NCBI GenBank assembly: GCA_041738615.1
Contig: JBGSPL010000004.1
Location: 129,203-193,202 of the forward strand
Reading direction: 5' to 3'
DNA from: Patescibacteria group bacterium
Lineage (GTDB): Bacteria; Patescibacteriota; CPR2; UBA1875; CAIMLA01
Length of the DNA: 64,000 nucleotides
Shown piece by piece: positions 53,483-62,872 of this stretch. Position 1 is the stretch's first letter; each line of letters opens with the position of its first letter. The notes under the pieces were generated by a model. It did not search any database. It saw nothing but the letters and a program-made list of their open reading frames with translations, and had not been told where the DNA came from. The position numbers were made by a program, and so were the translations under genes.

Positions 53483-56400
53483 TTGGCACAAAGGCCACGA
53501 TTCCTGAAAGCTAGAAACTACTTACGAAAGGCAGTAGGTGTCTGTTCTTCTTTTTTTGGTGTGGCTGCAATTAAAGCTCTCACGTTCATTATCGATAAAT
53601 CTAGAATCTGGAGATATGAACTGACCTATAGGCTCCATTTGAGAGTTCGCAAGTTTCACGACGTTTTGGTTGTGAAGAGCCCAGTATACAAAAAAACCAC
53701 TGAAAGTAAGTATGCCGTACCGGTAAAAAATGCCACTATTTCAGCATTTTTCGTGTCCTTGATGCTATTTACAACTATTCAATTTATTTTACCTTACTTA
53801 AATCCTTTCAAGTCAGGGTTGGTACAGGCTGGGGCAAATAGCGTTACTTGGTCTACTAACGGTGATTTTACATACAATAAGTCGGCGTTATGTGGGGCCA
53901 CTACACAGTCCCAGATAGCGATTTCGGGGACTGCTTACACTGATGCATCCTGTACGGCGGCTGCTGCAGATGCGAGTTTGGAGCTTAATTCTTCATCCAC
54001 ACCGCAGGGAGCTCTCGCTGTTAGTGGAGGTGCTGATTTTGCACTTGCCTTGATGGCGGATGGGACCGTTAGGTCTTGGGGGAAAAATAACGTTGGGCAG
54101 CTCGGGAACGGAACAAATACAGAATCAAATGTACCGGTAACCGTATCCGGTATTACTGGCACCACCGCAGGTACCAGGGCTATAGCAGTTTCGGCTGGCT
54201 CGGATTGGGTTGGTGGAGGTCATGCCCTCGCCTTGATGGCTGACGGAACGATCAAATCTTGGGGCAGGAATGGGTATGGGGAACTAGGAAATGGGGCAAC
54301 GGGTGGCTCATCTAATATTCCTGTAACCGTTATCGGTATTACGGGTGCCAACGCGGTCACCCGAGCAATTGCGATTTCAGCAGGTATAAATTATTCAACC
54401 GCAGTAATGGCGGATGGAACGATTAAGTCATGGGGTTTTAACAGTACTGCTGGTACTTTGGGGAACAATAGTACAACAGATTCAAATGCTCCGGTGAGTG
54501 TATCTAATATAAATGGAACTACAGCGGCAACAAGGGCGACTGCAATATCAGCTGGAAACGGACATACTGCCGCCTTGATGGCGGATGGGACGATTAAAAC
54601 TTGGGGCGCGGGCACGATTGGTCAGTTGGGGAATAATGGAACGTCGAATTCCCTAGTGCCGGTGAATGTATCTAACATTAATGGTTCAACTGCGGCGCTC
54701 AGGGCAATGGCAGTCGCAACTGGTAATACTCAGACACTGGCCCTGATGGCGGACGGAACAGTGAAGTCTTGGGGTTACAACATGGCTGGCGAGCTCGGCA
54801 ATGGGAGTGCATCTGGAACTCAGGCCAATGTGCCAGTAAATGTATCAGTAATTACGGGTGCTTCCGCAGCCCTGCGGGCCACTGCAATCTCAGCAGGTGC
54901 TAGGGTCTCCATGGCTCTAATGGCGGATGGCACGGTTAAGACCTGGGGTTATAATGGTACCTTGGGCAATAACACGAATGATGCCTCTACCATACCAGTT
55001 ACAGTCACAGGCATTGATGGTTTGACGGCTGTTAATCGAGCCACGTACGTGTCTGAAGGGATGAACAACGGCGCTTCATATGTATTAATGGCTGATGGCA
55101 AAATCAAATCATGGGGAACGGGTACAAATGGCAGACTTGGAAATGGTTCATCCTCCACGCAGCTTGTTCCAGTAACTGTCTCTGGTATAGCTGGGGCAGT
55201 GGCTTCGAGTAGGGCAATTTCAGTATCGACAGGCACGTTTAATGGCGCTGCGGTGATGGCAGATGGATCTGCCAGAGTATGGGGTGGCAATACATGGGGT
55301 CAACTTGGCAATAATAGTCAAGGAGGGGCATCTAACATCCCTGTGGTGGTCTCAAATCTGGATGGTAGCTCAGCTGATAAGCGAGCAGTATCCATTTCTC
55401 TAGGTCATTATAACGCTTATGCACTAATGGCAGATGGCACAGTAAAGGCGTGGGGACAACCAGGGTTTCTTGGCAATGGAAGTGTTTATAGCGGTAGTGT
55501 TGTTCAGACAGTTCCTACTAATGTCTCGGGTATTGATGGTACGACACCTGCCAAAAGAGCTGTTTCTGTTTCGTCTTCTTCAAGCACTGTTATTGCCCTG
55601 ATGGCAGATGGGACAGTTAAGACCTGGGGCTCAAATAATTATGGTCAGCTAGGCAACGGAAATACTGGGACGGATGCTCTTGCTCCGGTAGATGTTCAGG
55701 GGATAAATGGAAGCAGCGCCGCAACTAGAGCGGTAGGTATCTCTTCGGGAAGCAGTAACATGTACGCATTGATGTCAGATGGAACAATTAAATCATGGGG
55801 CTACAACCTAAATGGAGAGCTTGGAAACGGAAACACAGGAACGGACTCTAATCTACCAGTAAGTGTTTCAATTATAGATGGGCTGAGTGCTGCTAATAGA
55901 GCCGTCTCAATGGGTAGAGGTACTGGTGAAGTAAGAAATGCCCTAATGGCGGATGGCACAGTAAGTAGTTGGGGTAAAAGTGCTTATTCTGGAGGTTTTG
56001 GTGATGGTACTTATGGGGTAAGTAATACCCCAGTGAAGGCTACCGGAATAGACGGAGCGACTCCCGCTAACAGGGCTACTGCTGTTATAAGTGGAGGGTA
56101 TTTTGGTGCTGGTATCATGGCTGATGGTTCAGTCAAATTCTGGGGATATAATCAGGAAGTGCCATTTTCAGCATCTACTCCGGTGTTGGTTCCTGGTTTT
56201 AGCGGTACTTCATCATTTAACCAGTCGACGGTTATAAGTAGTATCGGTAATACTTTTATCGCGCTGGAAGCAAATGGCTCGATCAAATCATGGGGTGATA
56301 ATACTAATGGCCGACTAGGGAATGGTAATACTGGTACAGACTCTAGCGTACCCGTATCTGTTTTAAATATTGCGGGAGGTATGGTTGTAGCTCTGTATAC

Positions 56401-59400
56401 CTCGCCCGGGACCATCTCTGGACTAAAAGTAGATGCTGGAGTTGGCCAGAAGTATAAATGGAATTCCGTAAACTGGAACACGGCTGCGCTACCCGCCAAT
56501 ACTTCGGTGACCTTTAAATATCGAACCTCTGAGGATGGTTCAACTTGGTCTGATACCACCTGGGCCGGCGCGGGTACAACTCAATCATCAGGAAGTACGG
56601 GCACGGCTGATTTAAGCGTTTTGAACGCCACTAGATATCTCGAAATTCAGCTTACTCTTACTACTTCAGATGGAGTCTCATCCCCAACACTCAATGATTT
56701 TACTGTTACCTACGACTCCCTCGAAGCCCCAGCAAACGGCAACATCACAATGTACAAAGCGGATGGTACCACTCAGCTGAAAAATTCTAGTGGTACTGCT
56801 GTAGCCGCTGGTGTGGGAGCTGGCTGGACCAACGAACAATCACTGGTGATTAAGGCCACAGGGCTGACTTGTGGATCCACTGGAGGAACTAACCGATGTG
56901 GTGGAGTGTCTAACGGTCGCAAACCAGAGGCAGAGATAAAGCCAGTCGGTACACCATTTGCCACTAATCCTGTATCTGGTACAGATACTATAGTAGGTAC
57001 TAGTGACAACTCAGGAGTAGACCAAGAGCTAGAATCTGGCTATGTCACCATTCCAGCCTCGAAACTAACCACCATTGGTTCACCAGGATACCACTTCCGC
57101 GTCAGAACAACAGATGAGGCTGGTCGTGTTTCTGGCTGGACAAACTACGCGAGTGACGGTCTGGCCTTTACCATAGAGCAAACTACCCCGACTGGAACTA
57201 TCTCTATAGGTGGAGCAAATGTCACAGGAAACTATGCCAAGTCTACTAGCGTTACTTTAGATACTAGCTCGGCTGCAGATACCGGCGGCTCTGGCCTGGC
57301 CGAGATGCAGTTTTCCAATAATGGTATCACCTGGTCTGGCTGGGAGGCGTACAGCCCCACCAAGGCTTGGACTCTTTCTTCTGGAGATGGTCCCAAAACG
57401 GTTTATGCCCAATGCCGCGATTGGGCTGGGAATATTTCTGGCGACACTTGGAGTACAAAAGCAGAATTTAGCTCGGGATCACTCGGCCCTAATCTAACTG
57501 TTTCTGGTGCCTCGCCGGCAGATTATTCAACCGTAAGCTTAAAATATGAGCTAGACAATACAGTGAGTATGATTTCGGGTGCATTCAACAACACAACTGC
57601 TCTGAGGAGTGATGGCACAGCGCTTGCAGTCGGTAATAACGCTTATGGGCAGTTAACGTCAATCGCTACATGGAACAACCTTAAGTCAGTTTCAGCCGGT
57701 GAAAATACCCACATTCTAGGGCTTAAAAATGACGGGACTGTATATGGCGCCGGTAATAACTCCTTAGGACAAGTCAACGTTGGCTCATGGTCAAATATTC
57801 GTTCAGTAGGCACGGGTTACGCAAGCTCTTTTGGGATAACCAACAACGGCACGGTGATTGCTATCGGCTATGATGCTTATGGGCAGCTAAATGTCTCAGG
57901 CTGGTCCGATATAAAGCAGGTCTCAGGCTATAATCATACCTTAGGGCTTAAAAATGACGGTACGGTACTTTGCATCGGTGATAATGGTAACGGCCAATGT
58001 AATAATGTAGGGTCCTGGTCAGATACCAAGAAGGTTCTTGCAGGTGCAAGTCATTCAGTGGGACTTAAAAATGATGGCACTCTTGTCGGCGTTGGAGATA
58101 ATAACAATGGTCAACTTAATTTTGGAACTTGGACAGGTGTTAAGGACATCGCGGTGACTGGGAGGGGAACGTTGGGTCTTAAAGAAGACGGGACAGTTCT
58201 AGCAGTTGGCGACAACACCTATGGTCCGCTCGATGTCGGCACCTGGTCAAACATAACTTCTATTGAATGTGGTTACTATCATTGTGTGGGATTAAGAGGA
58301 GATGGTACCTTGGTGGCCACTGGCAGGGATTATGGCCAGTTGGCCGTGGGCTCCTTCACTGATGTTAAACAGCCACCGTTGATCTTTAATTCCCCAGGAG
58401 TTTTATCGGGGTTGGTTTATGATAGTGGCCCCGGAAAAACCCAAAAATGGATGGCGTCTCGGTGGCAGACATCATCACTACCGGCCAATAGCCGGGTTAA
58501 ATTAAGGGCCAGAACTTCCGATAATGGTTCAAGTTGGAGCGGTTATAGCTCGTACATTACTCAATCTAGCGCTGGTACAACTTCAGGCGGTGGGGCCTTT
58601 TCTGGACTGGCAGATTCTAGGTACTTATCAATTGAGTTAACCTTGGAATCGGATGACGGTTTGGGCTCCCCAATACTATCGGACCTAGTGTTAGAGTCTG
58701 CCTTATTTAGTAGTGTCACCCTAGACACCACCCCGCCAGCCAATGTCACTGGCCTCGCTGGGTATGTTTCCGATGGCGGTGCTGCTCTTAGTCAGGCAAG
58801 CTGGTATGACAACAAAACCCCTTACTTTGATTGGGACGACAGCGCAGATGGTGATCTAAATCATTATGAATATTGTTTAGGGGCTAGCAACTGTACACCA
58901 AATTTAACTAGAAATACTATTAGCAATGTTGCTTTGGATCTAAACAACGCCACAAACTACCCAGATGGTACCTACTATATGAGAGTAGTGGCCCATGACA
59001 ATGCGGGGCAACCATCTACCACTCCAGATTCTTGGACGTATAATTTTGACCGTACAACACCGGTGGCCGTAACGGGGTACTCGGCTACTCAGATACATGA
59101 TGCTTATATCGGCATAGATTGGACTCCAGTCTCTGTGCAGAACGGCTCCCCAGTCACTTACACTATTGAGAGAATCAGGAATACAAAATTCCAAGAGGGC
59201 TTTACCGTAAATGACTTCGCGGGACACATCTGGTCGCAGCAAACTGCCCATGGTTACGCGGAATTTACAGGGGTAACGGGCAACTCATATCAAGACAATA
59301 TAGCGCTAAAGGATAGGGGTATCAAATATGCGTATCGCATAAAGGCGGTAGATGAAACTGCTAAGGAAAGCCCTTACCAAAACGATGCATTCTTTGGTCT

Positions 59401-62400
59401 TACCAGAGATGGTATAACCCCCACCTCCCCATCAAACGTTGTGGTGGCACCTTGTAGCTATCAGTCACAGGCGGCCTGTTCGGACTTTGGTAGTCCTACG
59501 CCAGACGACTCCCTAAAAGGTCATGAGGTAAAGGTATCCTGGACCAGGGCTACCGATGATGGCACCGGTGTCCAGAAGTACTATGTAATCCGTGTTGACA
59601 ATATATTTGATGGCTCCTATGTAGCGGAAGATATAGCAGCGACCCTGGTAGTGGATCCAGAAAATCCTGTCCAGGCGATGGTTGTGTATGTCGCTACAGG
59701 TATCAGTGATTATACAATCTATCATTTTAGGGTAGTTGCAGAGGACGGATCTACACCGCCAAACAAGTCACCCTACTTGCCATCTAGTGACGAGAACTAC
59801 AATTTTGCCAGAACTCCAGATGTCACTCCACCATCGGCGCCTGTTGTATCTGCTACCCCGGGTGGCATGGATGATCCAATGGCAAACGAGCCAAAGCAGA
59901 AGATCATTATCTCCTGGTCCCAGTCTGTTGATGCCGGCTCAGGAGTAAATACCTATGTTCTATATAGGGCTGACAGGCCGGGAGAACTAACTGACCAGAG
60001 CGGTTCACTGACCGATAATGAATTTATAGATATTACCAGTTCACCAAACGTCACCTGCAATTTAACGCTCCGAGAATGTACCGAGGTTGGGTTAGAAGAT
60101 GTGTCTCACTATTACTACAGGGTGAGGGCTAAAGACAACGTTGCAGACCCATATACAAATATTTCACCTTTCTCAAACAATGCCTACACAAAGACACTCT
60201 CTAGCGCGGTCCCTTCACCACCAAGAGGCCGGAAGATACCCGACTCTAGTCCACTTGCTTATGAACCATTTCCTTACGTCTATTCGATAAAGGGAGACCC
60301 CACTACTGTTGGTAGTAGGGTAGGCAAGGACATTCAGATACAATTTACCGGTAGTAGACTCAAGGACGACCAGCCATATCTAGTCCTCTATGAAGTGTAC
60401 CGCTCTACGGATAATCTCGCCTGGTCCAAAGTAGGCGGAGATATCAACCCGATTCGAAATGAAAACGACACAGACAATACTTATACAGTCACAGATACTG
60501 GCGTCGCAGATGCCACCAAGTACTACTATAGAGTGAAGGCTATCGGCAACAACCCCAATGTTACAGGCGGTGGTGAATCATACTCCGGAGTTGGTAGTAA
60601 TGTGAATCAAGGCTGGGATATCACGCCCGATGTTACTGCTCCTGCGCTACCTACGGGGCTGAAGGTTAAAGATATCCATGACGACGGGACTAACTACAAA
60701 CGAAATATCATCACTTGGGAGCGTATCGCCGAACCGAAGAGAAACGGTGACAATGACTTCCGAGAATACCGTATATATAGATCCAATGATGGGCTAGTCT
60801 GGGGACAGATTTGTAAAGCTGCTGTCGATTCTGTAAATACAGTTTATTTGCCAGGCGGGTGTGACGATACACGCCCTAATCCGCTGTATGACATCAACAA
60901 GGAGATCGGTCTCGCTACAAACTATTATATGGACCTGATACCAATAGGTGATGCGGATCAAGACTATTATTACTACGTGGCAGCTGTAGATGATGCAAAA
61001 GACGCCTATAGATATGTCAACAATAATGTTATCAATGGTTACTCCAATGAGTCAGCACCAAATCGTACACCCGATAATAAAATAGTTGCGGTGAATATAA
61101 ACCCAGCTATCGCTCAGCCAACTATTACTAGAACAGGAGACAATGCCCCTAAGGTAGTCAATGTAGGTGTCTCTACTGCCACTGTCGAGTGGTATGCAGA
61201 CCAGCTGACGGACTCCGTAGTAGAGTTTCGGGCACAAGGTACTAGTAAGTGGGTTACTATCGGTGATCGGGTACCAAAATATTACAACGAGAAACACACC
61301 GTATCTTTATTTGGATTACTGCCGACCACTACATATGAATACAAACTTATCTCGAGAAATAGTCTAGGGAACGAGGATGTAGTCGGGGATGCCGACAATG
61401 AAAAGCAATATTTACCTATCCTCACCACTTCTGGATTTAGTATCTCTAACATAGATTATACCTCCACCACCACTTCGGCTACTGTCACCTGGAACACAAA
61501 TATCTGGGCAAATGGTAACTATGTAGAATATCAAATGCAAGGAGTCACAAACGGCAGTGGCAGCGGCAATGGACCAGCAGGCCAAAATATGTCGCCAGTT
61601 CTTGACAGCAATCAGGTGCTTAGACAAAATCTAACCCCTGCAGAGATCCAGGAATATCTCCTCGGGCACAAGGTATACATCGGTGGACTCAAATCCAGCC
61701 AGACCTATAGCTTTAAGCTAAAGAGTATCTCTGTTGATGGTTATGTGACCTATTCTGACCTGGGCACCTTCACCACAAGATCCTTTGATACTGCCCAATT
61801 CTCACTAGCCCCAACTAGCTCCAATGTAGCTGATCGTAATATCACCTCTACTACTGCACAAATAGTCTGGCAGACAGCTGTACCTACGACTTCTTGGATA
61901 GAGTACGGTACGACTTCCGGCAGCTATGGAACCTCGGCAGGTGATAATACCCTCACCATGGTTCACGTCGTAACTCTAGAGGGTCTAACTCCTGGCACCA
62001 AATACTATTACAGAGCTCGCGTAAAGGATCTAAATGACGTAGAGTACACTTCACCTGAGTACTCCTTCACTGCCATCTTGAAACCCAAAATATCTAATAT
62101 GACGGTGAAGAATATTACCCCATACTCAGTGACTATTGCTTGGGAGACTAATGTTGACACAGAAACCATAGTGAACTGGGGAACTACGACCGCCTATGGT
62201 GAGAAACGTGGTAAAAACGGAGTCTCCAAAGTGCACGAGCTAGTAATAGATAATCTGCTCGACAACCAAGAGTATCACTATCAAATCCTTGCCAAGGATG
62301 AGGCTGGGAACGAAGTTGCAGACACTGACAAACTAGTCCGTACCCCACTCGATACCGAAGGGCCCAAGATTACTAATGCCAAGACCGACATTCTCCCTAT

Positions 62401-62776
62401 GGGTGAGAATGATACAACCGCATCAGTAATCATCTCCTGGAATACTAACAAGCCTGCCTCTACTCTGGTAGAGTACGACGAAGGTATCATCGGCGGTAAC
62501 TATGCTAACAGATCTGTAGAGGACACCTCACTAAATACCTCACATACCGTTATCGTAAAGAACCTAAAGCCAGCCTCCTCATTCCACTACCGTATGGTCT
62601 CTGCAGATAAACGTAACAACATTACGCAGTCGCAGGACTACACCTTCGTAACTCCTACCAAGGAAAAATCGATCCTCCAGCTAATCCTCAAATCGCTGGA
62701 GGACACCTTTGCCTGGACGAAGAATCTAAACCAATTCTTCGGAAACGTCGGCAAGAGAATCACTGGCCAGAAGTAA
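53483..62776 (+). CDS. Giant surface protein paralog 2 (3097 aa)
   Basis: Its N-terminus and 5'UTR match paralog 1. More than 20 RCC1-type repeats (ALMADGTVKSWG.N..GQLGNG) span aa 180-960. A second array of about 10 shorter RCC1-like repeats spans aa 1370-1620. Ig-like modules end ...KTVYAQCRDWAGN. There are many FN3 domains. The C-terminal 330 aa are almost identical to paralog 1. Confidence 0.75.
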   Translation: MAQRPRFLKARNYLRKAVGVCSSFFGVAAIKALTFIIDKSRIWRYELTYRLHLRVRKFHDVLVVKSPVYKKTTESKYAVPVKNATISAFFVSLMLFTTIQFILPYLNPFKSGLVQAGANSVTWSTNGDFTYNKSALCGATTQSQIAISGTAYTDASCTAAAADASLELNSSSTPQGALAVSGGADFALALMADGTVRSWGKNNVGQLGNGTNTESNVPVTVSGITGTTAGTRAIAVSAGSDWVGGGHALALMADGTIKSWGRNGYGELGNGATGGSSNIPVTVIGITGANAVTRAIAISAGINYSTAVMADGTIKSWGFNSTAGTLGNNSTTDSNAPVSVSNINGTTAATRATAISAGNGHTAALMADGTIKTWGAGTIGQLGNNGTSNSLVPVNVSNINGSTAALRAMAVATGNTQTLALMADGTVKSWGYNMAGELGNGSASGTQANVPVNVSVITGASAALRATAISAGARVSMALMADGTVKTWGYNGTLGNNTNDASTIPVTVTGIDGLTAVNRATYVSEGMNNGASYVLMADGKIKSWGTGTNGRLGNGSSSTQLVPVTVSGIAGAVASSRAISVSTGTFNGAAVMADGSARVWGGNTWGQLGNNSQGGASNIPVVVSNLDGSSADKRAVSISLGHYNAYALMADGTVKAWGQPGFLGNGSVYSGSVVQTVPTNVSGIDGTTPAKRAVSVSSSSSTVIALMADGTVKTWGSNNYGQLGNGNTGTDALAPVDVQGINGSSAATRAVGISSGSSNMYALMSDGTIKSWGYNLNGELGNGNTGTDSNLPVSVSIIDGLSAANRAVSMGRGTGEVRNALMADGTVSSWGKSAYSGGFGDGTYGVSNTPVKATGIDGATPANRATAVISGGYFGAGIMADGSVKFWGYNQEVPFSASTPVLVPGFSGTSSFNQSTVISSIGNTFIALEANGSIKSWGDNTNGRLGNGNTGTDSSVPVSVLNIAGGMVVALYTSPGTISGLKVDAGVGQKYKWNSVNWNTAALPANTSVTFKYRTSEDGSTWSDTTWAGAGTTQSSGSTGTADLSVLNATRYLEIQLTLTTSDGVSSPTLNDFTVTYDSLEAPANGNITMYKADGTTQLKNSSGTAVAAGVGAGWTNEQSLVIKATGLTCGSTGGTNRCGGVSNGRKPEAEIKPVGTPFATNPVSGTDTIVGTSDNSGVDQELESGYVTIPASKLTTIGSPGYHFRVRTTDEAGRVSGWTNYASDGLAFTIEQTTPTGTISIGGANVTGNYAKSTSVTLDTSSAADTGGSGLAEMQFSNNGITWSGWEAYSPTKAWTLSSGDGPKTVYAQCRDWAGNISGDTWSTKAEFSSGSLGPNLTVSGASPADYSTVSLKYELDNTVSMISGAFNNTTALRSDGTALAVGNNAYGQLTSIATWNNLKSVSAGENTHILGLKNDGTVYGAGNNSLGQVNVGSWSNIRSVGTGYASSFGITNNGTVIAIGYDAYGQLNVSGWSDIKQVSGYNHTLGLKNDGTVLCIGDNGNGQCNNVGSWSDTKKVLAGASHSVGLKNDGTLVGVGDNNNGQLNFGTWTGVKDIAVTGRGTLGLKEDGTVLAVGDNTYGPLDVGTWSNITSIECGYYHCVGLRGDGTLVATGRDYGQLAVGSFTDVKQPPLIFNSPGVLSGLVYDSGPGKTQKWMASRWQTSSLPANSRVKLRARTSDNGSSWSGYSSYITQSSAGTTSGGGAFSGLADSRYLSIELTLESDDGLGSPILSDLVLESALFSSVTLDTTPPANVTGLAGYVSDGGAALSQASWYDNKTPYFDWDDSADGDLNHYEYCLGASNCTPNLTRNTISNVALDLNNATNYPDGTYYMRVVAHDNAGQPSTTPDSWTYNFDRTTPVAVTGYSATQIHDAYIGIDWTPVSVQNGSPVTYTIERIRNTKFQEGFTVNDFAGHIWSQQTAHGYAEFTGVTGNSYQDNIALKDRGIKYAYRIKAVDETAKESPYQNDAFFGLTRDGITPTSPSNVVVAPCSYQSQAACSDFGSPTPDDSLKGHEVKVSWTRATDDGTGVQKYYVIRVDNIFDGSYVAEDIAATLVVDPENPVQAMVVYVATGISDYTIYHFRVVAEDGSTPPNKSPYLPSSDENYNFARTPDVTPPSAPVVSATPGGMDDPMANEPKQKIIISWSQSVDAGSGVNTYVLYRADRPGELTDQSGSLTDNEFIDITSSPNVTCNLTLRECTEVGLEDVSHYYYRVRAKDNVADPYTNISPFSNNAYTKTLSSAVPSPPRGRKIPDSSPLAYEPFPYVYSIKGDPTTVGSRVGKDIQIQFTGSRLKDDQPYLVLYEVYRSTDNLAWSKVGGDINPIRNENDTDNTYTVTDTGVADATKYYYRVKAIGNNPNVTGGGESYSGVGSNVNQGWDITPDVTAPALPTGLKVKDIHDDGTNYKRNIITWERIAEPKRNGDNDFREYRIYRSNDGLVWGQICKAAVDSVNTVYLPGGCDDTRPNPLYDINKEIGLATNYYMDLIPIGDADQDYYYYVAAVDDAKDAYRYVNNNVINGYSNESAPNRTPDNKIVAVNINPAIAQPTITRTGDNAPKVVNVGVSTATVEWYADQLTDSVVEFRAQGTSKWVTIGDRVPKYYNEKHTVSLFGLLPTTTYEYKLISRNSLGNEDVVGDADNEKQYLPILTTSGFSISNIDYTSTTTSATVTWNTNIWANGNYVEYQMQGVTNGSGSGNGPAGQNMSPVLDSNQVLRQNLTPAEIQEYLLGHKVYIGGLKSSQTYSFKLKSISVDGYVTYSDLGTFTTRSFDTAQFSLAPTSSNVADRNITSTTAQIVWQTAVPTTSWIEYGTTSGSYGTSAGDNTLTMVHVVTLEGLTPGTKYYYRARVKDLNDVEYTSPEYSFTAILKPKISNMTVKNITPYSVTIAWETNVDTETIVNWGTTTAYGEKRGKNGVSKVHELVIDNLLDNQEYHYQILAKDEAGNEVADTDKLVRTPLDTEGPKITNAKTDILPMGENDTTASVIISWNTNKPASTLVEYDEGIIGGNYANRSVEDTSLNTSHTVIVKNLKPASSFHYRMVSADKRNNITQSQDYTFVTPTKEKSILQLILKSLEDTFAWTKNLNQFFGNVGKRITGQK

Positions 62777-62802
62777 AGCCCACCGATTACTAAATATTCG
62801 CT

Positions 62803-62828
62803 AAAAAAAGCACTTATGTGCTTGTTTT
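62803..62828 (+). terminator. Intrinsic terminator, copy 3 of the repeated hairpin motif
   Basis: AAGCAC-ttat-GTGCTT followed by GTTTTAG. Confidence 0.6.
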
Positions 62829-62872
62829 AGCTGTACAGAAGTACTACAATTTATATATAACTTGCGAGGGTA

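Noticed and set aside
45225-62490. Numerous antisense or out-of-frame ORFs of 60-160 aa inside the giant genes (e.g. 45225-45485, 48862-49101, 52409-52888, 53935-54165, 54949-55290, 56152-56559)
   Set aside because: They fall within long, clearly coding, repeat-rich sense frames. They lack SDs and are an expected by-product of repetitive sequence.
44624-62776. Diversity-generating retroelement targeting the giant proteins
   Set aside because: No reverse transcriptase gene and no template/variable repeat pair are present in the window. The near-identical C-termini are better explained by gene conversion between paralogs.
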